Assembly (NCBI GenBank): GCA_945869715.1
Contig: CAMBPP010000001.1
Span: 1 to 38,912, forward strand
Direction of reading: 5' to 3'
Origin: Bifidobacterium breve
GTDB taxonomy: Bacteria; Actinomycetota; Acidimicrobiia; Acidimicrobiales; Ilumatobacteraceae
DNA: 38,912 bases
Under the pieces are notes generated by a model, which was not told the DNA's origin, searched no databases, and was given only the letters and a program-made list of their open reading frames with translations. Each line of letters opens with the position of its first letter. Positions within the stretch are counted from its first letter, which is position 1. The translations under genes were made by a program, and so were the position numbers. Below, piece by piece: positions 33,340 through 38,912 of the stretch.

Positions 33340-34706
33340 TAAGCGAGTTTCTGAATGCGTCGAGAATGAATGGCGTGAGTACGCAACATCTCATCTACTT
33401 TTGCACTCACTAATTCTTTGTTGCGCACTACGGCTTTACCCTGCACAACGGTGTCGCGCGCACTCAGTGGCCCACAACGAAGCCATGCCTCAATGGGGTC
33501 GGCAAGCGCACCAGCAAAGGCAGGGCCGGTGAGTTGCCAAATGGCTAGGTCGCCCACTGCTCCAACACTTATTTCACCAATTTCACCAACACGACCCAAG
33601 CAACCTGCGCCGCCGATGGTTGCCATCTCTAACGCCATGCGTGCTGTTCCGGCGTGTGCGCCACTCTTCAGTTTTGCCACCAACATTGCTTGTCGTGCTT
33701 CTAACCACAACGATGCGCTGTCGGCTGAGGAAGACCCATCTACTCCAAGGCCAACATGTACACCTGCAGCACGCATGTCAACCACTGGCGAGATACCTGA
33801 TGCCAAAATGAGATTGCTACTTGGGCAATGTGCAGCACCCACTCCTGCAGCACCTAAACGTTTCACTTCATCATCATTCGGCATCACAGCGTGCGCCAAC
33901 CAAGTTCTATTGGTGCACCAACCTGTTCGCTCTAAATACTCCATGGGGCGACAACCAAAAGTTGCAATGGAGAAAGCATCGTCTTCGCTATTTTCAGCAA
34001 AGTGTGTGTGCAGACGCACATCAAGTTGTTCGGCAAGTTCAGCTGAACGCACCATCAGTTGTTCGGTCACACTAAAAGGTGAACAGGGTGCAAGTGCAAT
34101 ACGCACCATTGCCCCATGCGCACGATCGTGGTGTTTGGCTACTGCTTCGCTAGACAGGCGCAAGATGTCGTCATCGTCTTGCACCACATCGTCAGGTGGA
34201 AGCCCACCATCTTTCACGCTCAAAGACATCGAGCCACGCGTGGGGTGAAAGCGCATTCCTATGTCTTTTGCGGCATCAATTTCTGCAGTGAGTAAATCAC
34301 CTGCACCGTGCGGATGTAAATACAAATGATCGGTAGAGGTTGTACAACCAGACAGTGCCAGTTCTGCAAGACCTACCCATGCGCTTACATGAACTGCTTC
34401 TTCATCAATAGCGCGCCACAATGGGTACAACGTTTGTAGCCAACCGAAAAGTGGCGCATTGGTCATTGGTGGGTACGCGCGCGTGAGGTTTTGATACAGG
34501 TGATGATGTGTATTAATCAGGCCCGGCGTTACCAAACAGTTGCTTGCATCAATGACTTCCGCAGCTTCAGGTGGAACATCGAGCGAAGAACCCACACCCG
34601 AAATGAGCCCGTTGGTAATAGCTACCCAACCACCTGGTAATTCACGTCGAGTGGAATCGACCGTTGCTACTAACAGCGCATTGCGCACCAGCAGGTCGGC
34701 GCGCAT
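33339..34706 (-). CDS. Amidohydrolase-superfamily deaminase (8-oxoguanine deaminase / cytosine-guanine deaminase-like)
   Basis: ..PGLINTHHHLYQNLTR.. metal-binding HxH, ..VRLHTHFAE.., ..VGLGVDGSSS... 455 aa. One-nt overlap with the downstream transporter start (TAGTG). Confidence 0.85.
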   Translation of the reverse strand: MRADLLVRNALLVATVDSTRRELPGGWVAITNGLISGVGSSLDVPPEAAEVIDASNCLVTPGLINTHHHLYQNLTRAYPPMTNAPLFGWLQTLYPLWRAIDEEAVHVSAWVGLAELALSGCTTSTDHLYLHPHGAGDLLTAEIDAAKDIGMRFHPTRGSMSLSVKDGGLPPDDVVQDDDDILRLSSEAVAKHHDRAHGAMVRIALAPCSPFSVTEQLMVRSAELAEQLDVRLHTHFAENSEDDAFSIATFGCRPMEYLERTGWCTNRTWLAHAVMPNDDEVKRLGAAGVGAAHCPSSNLILASGISPVVDMRAAGVHVGLGVDGSSSADSASLWLEARQAMLVAKLKSGAHAGTARMALEMATIGGAGCLGRVGEIGEISVGAVGDLAIWQLTGPAFAGALADPIEAWLRCGPLSARDTVVQGKAVVRNKELVSAKVDEMLRTHAIHSRRIQKLA

Positions 34707-34711
34707 GGTAT

Positions 34712-34867
34712 TTATATGTTGAGATCGAGAAGTTCGCTGTCGGCGTTACGCGCTTCACCGTCTTTATACAAAAGGTGACCCAAAAGTGCTGCAATGACAG
34801 CAGTAGAAAGCCCAACGATGATGGGGAAGATCACAAGTGCGATAACGAGAATGATGGCGCCAGGCAT
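34712..34867 (-). CDS. Candidate 51-aa single-pass membrane micro-protein
   Basis: Below the ORF-track cut-off. Product MPGAIILVIALVIFPIIVGLSTAVIAALLGHLLYKDGEARNADSELLDLNI*. Fills the gap exactly: 4 nt after the RidA stop and 5 nt before the amidohydrolase start, on the same strand. No clear Shine-Dalgarno sequence. Confidence 0.45.
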   Translation of the reverse strand: MPGAIILVIALVIFPIIVGLSTAVIAALLGHLLYKDGEARNADSELLDLNI

Positions 34868-34871
34868 GTAG

Positions 34872-35291
34872 TTAGCGTAGTGGCTTGTAGGCCCAAGCTT
34901 CTATCTCCACTTGGCCATTTGCGGGAAGCGATGCAACACCAATGGTGCTGCGTGCGGGGCGGCTGTTGCCAAAGCCTGCAACATAGGCCTCGTTAAAGAT
35001 GCTAAAGGTTTCCATGTCGGTGAGGAAACAGAGGGTTTTTTTCACATCATTAATGTTTGCGCCCATTTCGGCGAGACGCTCTTTCAGATTCTTCACGGCT
35101 TGCGTGGTTTGAGCCGACACACCTTTTTGCAATACACCGTCTTTGAGACCGAGCTGGCCAGACACAATGATCCAGTCACCGGCACGCACAACTGGGGTGT
35201 ACGGCCCAATAGGTGTGGGTGTTTTTTTAGCCGGAGCTTTTTTCGCAGGGGCTTTTTTTGCTGGTGCTGTCTTTTTTGCTGCCATAGGCAC
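34872..35291 (-). CDS. RidA/YjgF/TdcF-family reactive-intermediate deaminase with an N-terminal (A/T)PAKKA repeat tail
   Basis: Core ..PIGPYTPVVRAGDWIIVSGQLG.. ..RPARSTIGVASLPANGQVEIEAWA.. is RidA-like. It is preceded by MPMAAKKTAPAKKAPAKKAPAKKTPT. GTG at 35291 or ATG at 35285. Confidence 0.85.
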   Translation of the reverse strand: MPMAAKKTAPAKKAPAKKAPAKKTPTPIGPYTPVVRAGDWIIVSGQLGLKDGVLQKGVSAQTTQAVKNLKERLAEMGANINDVKKTLCFLTDMETFSIFNEAYVAGFGNSRPARSTIGVASLPANGQVEIEAWAYKPLR

Positions 35292-35318
35292 ACTCTAACT
35301 TCCTCACGCTTCCTCATC

Positions 35319-35324
35319 TATAAT
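35319..35324 (+). promoter_or_regulatory. Candidate -10 box (TATAAT) giving a leaderless or near-leaderless transcript
   Basis: A perfect TATAAT ends 8 nt before the ATG at 35333, in a 41-nt divergent gap with no Shine-Dalgarno sequence. Confidence 0.4.
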
Positions 35325-35332
35325 TTGGCATC

Positions 35333-36220
35333 ATGCAATTTTCTCGTCGGCAATTTCTCATTCGCGGTGCGGGTGCTGGGCTTTCTGTTGCTCTTGCTCC
35401 TTCGCTCCTCGCAGCCTGTGGTGGAAGTGGCGGCAAAACACTCGACCTCAACACAGTCAGCTTGGTGCAGCGCTTTCCCAAAGAGGTGCTCACCCCGGGT
35501 CGCATTCGCTTGCCCATGTCGTTAGGTAATGCAGAGGGAGTCATCTCCACTCAAAGCGGAGTAAAAATCCCCGAGTCCCTGCGATTTGTGGTGTCCGATC
35601 TCGATGGCAATGCGCTCTTTGAAGACGACTTTATTGTGCGGGCTCATATCACCGATGTTCCACAGCCGTATTGGCCTCTCGTTGTAGATCTCAAAGAGCC
35701 CGGTACCTACATCATTTCACTCCTCAACGCCGATGCTGCTGGCGCGGCATTTCAAATAACGCCAGCAAGCGAAGTTGCTATTCCAACAGTTGGGTTGCCA
35801 TTGCCCGCCATCGATACACCAACAACACAAAATGCACGTGGCATCACCCCCATTTGTACTCGCAAGCCAGAACCATGTCCGCTTCACGATGTGAATTTGC
35901 GCGATGCCCTCACGATGGGTAAACCGGTGGTGTATCTCTTAGGTACACCTGCGTATTGTCAAACAGGTACATGCACGCCGGCGCTCGATGCCTTGCTCGA
36001 TGCCCACAAGAGCTTCGGCGACCAGGCAGTTTTTATTCATGCCGAGGTGTACAGCGACAACACTGCAACAGTTTCTGCGCCAGCAGTAACGGCACACAAA
36101 ATGACATTTGAACCCGCGCTTTTTATTACAGACGCCAAGGGAAAACTTGTTGAACGACTAGACGCAATTTTTGACAGCAGCGAAGTGCTCGACGCACTAA
36201 GCCGAAATGGAATTAGCTAA
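35333..36220 (+). CDS. Tat-exported lipoprotein, unknown function (possible thioredoxin-like C-terminal region)
   Basis: MQFSRRQFLIRGAGAGLSVALAPSLLAAC: a twin-arginine motif followed by an L-A-A-C lipobox. The C-terminal ..VVYLLGTPAYCQTGTCTPALDAL.. has a CxxxxC segment in a beta-alpha context. The fold assignment is tentative. Confidence 0.75.
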   Translation: MQFSRRQFLIRGAGAGLSVALAPSLLAACGGSGGKTLDLNTVSLVQRFPKEVLTPGRIRLPMSLGNAEGVISTQSGVKIPESLRFVVSDLDGNALFEDDFIVRAHITDVPQPYWPLVVDLKEPGTYIISLLNADAAGAAFQITPASEVAIPTVGLPLPAIDTPTTQNARGITPICTRKPEPCPLHDVNLRDALTMGKPVVYLLGTPAYCQTGTCTPALDALLDAHKSFGDQAVFIHAEVYSDNTATVSAPAVTAHKMTFEPALFITDAKGKLVERLDAIFDSSEVLDALSRNGIS

Positions 36221-36533
36221 AGCTGTTTCCACAACCGCAGGTGCGGCTGGCATTTGGATTGTTAATTGCAAAACCTGCGTCTTGCAAGCCATCTTTGTAG
36301 TCGAGGCTTGCGCCTTCAAGAAGCTGTGCTGAGGCTGGGTCAACAACCACCCGTACATCACCAAAGGTGAGTGTTTGGTCATCAGAGGCAACATCGCCAT
36401 CAAAATACATCTCGTACGAGAAACCTGAGCAACCACCAGGGCGAACGGCAACGCGTAAAGCGAGTTCGGTTGCCCCTTCAGCCTCAAGCAATTGCTTGAC
36501 CTTGACTGCTGCTGTATCGGTAAGAGTGATCAT
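36213..36533 (-). CDS. HesB/IscA-family Fe-S cluster insertion protein
   Basis: ..LRVAVRPGGCSGFSYEM.. and C-terminal ..CGCGNSFS are the three conserved IscA cysteines. Start placed at the ATG at 36533 (MITLTDTAAVKV..). Confidence 0.88.
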   Translation of the reverse strand: MITLTDTAAVKVKQLLEAEGATELALRVAVRPGGCSGFSYEMYFDGDVASDDQTLTFGDVRVVVDPASAQLLEGASLDYKDGLQDAGFAINNPNASRTCGCGNSFS

Positions 36534-36561
36534 GAGCCAATGATAGCGGTACATTGGACTC

Positions 36562-37800
36562 ATGGCGAGTGCAGACAAGAACCTTTCTCAGGGAACCGCC
36601 CCGGGCTTCGAGGGCACATTGCCGAGCCCCGAGACCATTCGCCACCTTCTGCGTGCGGTTATTGACCCCGAGCTCGGCGACAACATCGTTGACCTTGGCA
36701 TGGTGGGCGATATTTCGGTTTCGCCCGAGGGCCTCATTCGCATCGGAGTCAAGCTCACTATTAAGGGCTGCCCCTTGCGTGCACAAATTAAGAAAGACAT
36801 TGAGTCGCGGGTGAAGACACATCCACTCATCACCAAGGTGTCAATCGACTGGGGTGAAATGACTCCTGAAGAGCGCACCGCTGTCATGACCCGTGCGCGG
36901 TGGAATGCAAAAGAACAGGCACCCGCAACTCAAGTGCCCATCAATGCTCGCGTGCTTGCTATTGCAAGTGGCAAAGGTGGTGTCGGAAAAAGTTCAGTAA
37001 CGGTCAACCTTGCTGCAGCATTAGCCGCACAAGGAAACATCGTGGGTGTTCTCGACGCCGACATTTGGGGCTTCTCCATTCCCCGCATGCTCGGTATGCC
37101 CGATCGACTTCAAGCAGAAAAAGTTGATGGCCATGAAAAACCAATGATCATTCCTAATGAACGTGTGCTCGGAAATGGCGTGCTGAAAGTTGTGTCAACA
37201 GGAATGCTTGTTGAAGATGAAGGCACCGCACTCATGTGGCGTGGGCTCATGCTCACAAAAGCTGTTGAACAATTTTTACACGATGTGCACTGGGGCCACC
37301 TCGACTACCTACTTATTGATATGCCACCAGGAACTGGTGACGTACAAATGGGTCTTGCCCGCATGTTGCCGCGCACCGACCTCATCATCGTCACCACTCC
37401 CGCTGTCTCTGCACAAAAAGTTGCTATTCGTGCCGCCGATATGGCGCAACGAAGTTTCTTGCGTGTCGCTGGTGTCATTGAAAATATGACCTCATTTGAA
37501 TGCGACCATGGCAACTCATATGCGCTGTTTGGAACAGGTGGCGGTACAACTTTGGCCAACGAAATTGGCGCCGAGTTATTAGGTCAAATTCCTATTGAGG
37601 CAACAGTGTCATTGGGTGGCGACACCGGAGAGCCCGTTGCATTGCACAATACCGGAAAAGCAGCAATTGAATTCCACAACATCGCGCGCAAACTCATTGC
37701 CCAAACAATTGCCCAGTCAGAAATGTCGGGGTGCAGTGCAAGAATAGAAGAAGTTGCTGTTCCTGTAGCAGTGCGCTCGCGCACTGAAGCATCAAGCTAA
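36562..37800 (+). CDS. Mrp/ApbC/NBP35-family Fe-S cluster carrier ATPase with an N-terminal DUF59 (MIP18-like) domain
   Basis: ..VIDPELGDNIVDLGMV.. (DUF59), deviant Walker A ..IASGKGGVGKSS.., ..DMPPGTGD... Confidence 0.92.
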   Translation: MASADKNLSQGTAPGFEGTLPSPETIRHLLRAVIDPELGDNIVDLGMVGDISVSPEGLIRIGVKLTIKGCPLRAQIKKDIESRVKTHPLITKVSIDWGEMTPEERTAVMTRARWNAKEQAPATQVPINARVLAIASGKGGVGKSSVTVNLAAALAAQGNIVGVLDADIWGFSIPRMLGMPDRLQAEKVDGHEKPMIIPNERVLGNGVLKVVSTGMLVEDEGTALMWRGLMLTKAVEQFLHDVHWGHLDYLLIDMPPGTGDVQMGLARMLPRTDLIIVTTPAVSAQKVAIRAADMAQRSFLRVAGVIENMTSFECDHGNSYALFGTGGGTTLANEIGAELLGQIPIEATVSLGGDTGEPVALHNTGKAAIEFHNIARKLIAQTIAQSEMSGCSARIEEVAVPVAVRSRTEASS

Positions 37801-38613
37801 ATCGTCGTAGCCAGGTTCACCAGGTAGCACTACACCCAGAACCTTTCCTTCGCTATCTATACGAATGCGGGGCAAAATTGCAGGTGGAATACCCACTTTT
37901 GAAGCAGCTACCAATGCATCATCTGCCGTGCGGTGCGGTTGCAAAAATTCTAAATTGCGCACTGTTGGCGGCATCATTGCCAACTCGCCACGTTCACACA
38001 TTGCTAGTGCTTCATTTGGCGATACCCACAAACTTGCAATGGTTTCACCATCATCGTGAAGTGGATCTTGAGCTTGGGGTGCGCGGGCCAAGAAGAATCG
38101 TGTGTCGAAGCGCCGTGGTTCACCAACAGGGGTAATCCAATGACTCACATACTCAATTGCATCAGTTGCTAAGCGCAGTGATTCTTTTTCACATAGCTCG
38201 TGCATGCCTAACTTGCCGTCGTGTACTTCATGCCGATACGCCTCAAAACGATCGGCAACATCTGCATCATCAAAGCGAATATATTCACCAGTCTTGGTGT
38301 CGCGCGCAAGAAGCACACCAGCTTCTTCAAAACACTCACGAATTGCTGCTACCCAAAATGCAAGACCACCAGAAGGAATTTGTAGCAAACCACTTGCCTC
38401 TTCATCAGTCAACCCATCACACAAATGCTCAATATGACTGCCGCCATCGATGTCGTCTAACTTTCCGCCAGGAAATACATAAAGGCCACCAGCAAATGCA
38501 GCTTTTAATGTGCGCTGCATCATAAAGACTTCAATGTCTTTACTTACTTCATCGTCGCGCACCAACATCACTGTTGCGGCCATGCGAGTAGGAACGTCTT
38601 CGTGCATTTTCAT
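37792..38613 (-). CDS. NUDIX hydrolase family protein
   Basis: ..VFPGGKLD.. followed by ..AAIRECFEEAGVLL.. (the RE-x2-EE-x-G core of the Nudix box). Its 3' end overlaps the Mrp 3' end by 9 nt (convergent). Confidence 0.82.
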   Translation of the reverse strand: MKMHEDVPTRMAATVMLVRDDEVSKDIEVFMMQRTLKAAFAGGLYVFPGGKLDDIDGGSHIEHLCDGLTDEEASGLLQIPSGGLAFWVAAIRECFEEAGVLLARDTKTGEYIRFDDADVADRFEAYRHEVHDGKLGMHELCEKESLRLATDAIEYVSHWITPVGEPRRFDTRFFLARAPQAQDPLHDDGETIASLWVSPNEALAMCERGELAMMPPTVRNLEFLQPHRTADDALVAASKVGIPPAILPRIRIDSEGKVLGVVLPGEPGYDDLA

Positions 38614-38912
38614 GGCTCAATCTCTTTTGGTGGGTTGTTGTTTTCCGTCACGTTGATAACGCCATTGGTTTCAACAATGCGCCCGTTATATGTTGCAACA
38701 ATATTGACTTTCTTGCCGCTGCTTTTTTTCAAACGACGATGGAGCAACAATCGAAATGGTGGTAAGAGCAAAAGTAGCCCAAGTGCGTCGGTAACAAACC
38801 CCGGCACAACGAGCAGCACGCCGGCAATGAGCAGACACACTCCGTCGACCATTTCATTGGTGGGCATATTGCCTGCGGCAATTTGCTCTTGGAAGCGGCG
38901 AAAAACACGCAG
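38610..38912 (-). CDS. fxsA: FxsA family membrane protein, C-terminal part (N-terminus off the right edge)
   Basis: ..LLIAGVLLVVPGFVTDALGLLLLLPPFR.. is the FxsA signature. The frame stays open upstream of the ORF-track Met to the window edge (LRVFRRFQEQIAAGN-MPTNE..). ATGA overlap with the NUDIX start. Confidence 0.8.
   Translation of the reverse strand: MRVFRRFQEQIAAGNMPTNEMVDGVCLLIAGVLLVVPGFVTDALGLLLLLPPFRLLLHRRLKKSSGKKVNIVATYNGRIVETNGVINVTENNNPPKEIEP

Noticed and set aside
1-38912. CRISPR arrays, insertion sequences, integrases, tRNA/rRNA genes, long direct or inverted repeats.
   Set aside because: I noticed no repeat-spacer periodicity, no transposase, integrase or recombinase-like ORF, and no cloverleaf-like or rRNA-like segment. 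The only repeats seen are the codon-level AKKAP repeats and the hairpins reported above.

Overview
The window is a densely packed, moderate-GC chromosomal segment. Its gene content looks actinobacterial: mycothiol mshA beside an Rv0487-like gene, a rex-hemA operon, GlnR with a GlnA2-like GS, and genes for leaderless-looking transcripts. Almost every gene abuts or overlaps its neighbour (ATGA/GTGA overlaps, convergent stop-codon overlaps), which suggests a streamlined genome. I saw no rRNA, tRNA, CRISPR array or mobile element. Content from left to right:

1. **Respiratory block, 1-12586, minus strand.** One very long co-directional run holds a membrane protein, a 2[4Fe-4S] ferredoxin, b6-type cytochrome b, subunit IV, a Rieske protein, a two-domain cytochrome c, another membrane protein and nuoA-H. 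A membrane-anchored monoheme cytochrome c is transcribed divergently at 12756-13580.
2. **Heme block, 13584-20211, minus strand.** rex-hemA-hemC-hemD-hemB-hemL plus a secreted unknown protein.
3. **Mixed housekeeping, 20280-27744.** A membrane protein, a DUF62 SAM hydrolase, a 258-nt structured non-coding gap, proC, a YbjN-like gene, mshA, a translationally coupled XRE/RsiG-like pair, an orphan MoaD-like carrier, a histidine phosphatase and an MFS transporter.
4. **Nitrogen block, 27754-32759.** nadE divergent from glnII, then glnA2-like and glnR.
5. **Right end, 32701-38912.** A frameshifted UPF0016 transporter, an amidohydrolase, a micro-ORF, a RidA with a PAKKA tail, a Tat lipoprotein, IscA, Mrp, NUDIX and a partial FxsA.

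**Best candidate for something undescribed:** the b6f-like split Rieske/cytochrome b module. It carries its own ferredoxin and two unassigned membrane proteins, and sits with only 3 nt of spacing upstream of the Complex I operon. A conserved N-terminal peptide (T-E-I-P-E-H-L-L-K-R) is shared between subunit IV and the divergent cytochrome c. The second heme motif of the two-domain cytochrome c reads CxxCQ rather than CxxCH.

**Secondary leads:**
- An RsiG-like protein carrying the c-di-GMP-binding motif, coupled to an XRE regulator.
- A three-hairpin RNA element upstream of the SAM hydrolase gene.
- 11-nt phased GlnR-type boxes upstream of glnII.
- A homopolymer frameshift in the UPF0016 transporter.

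All functional calls rest on reading motifs in the supplied translations. No database search was run.
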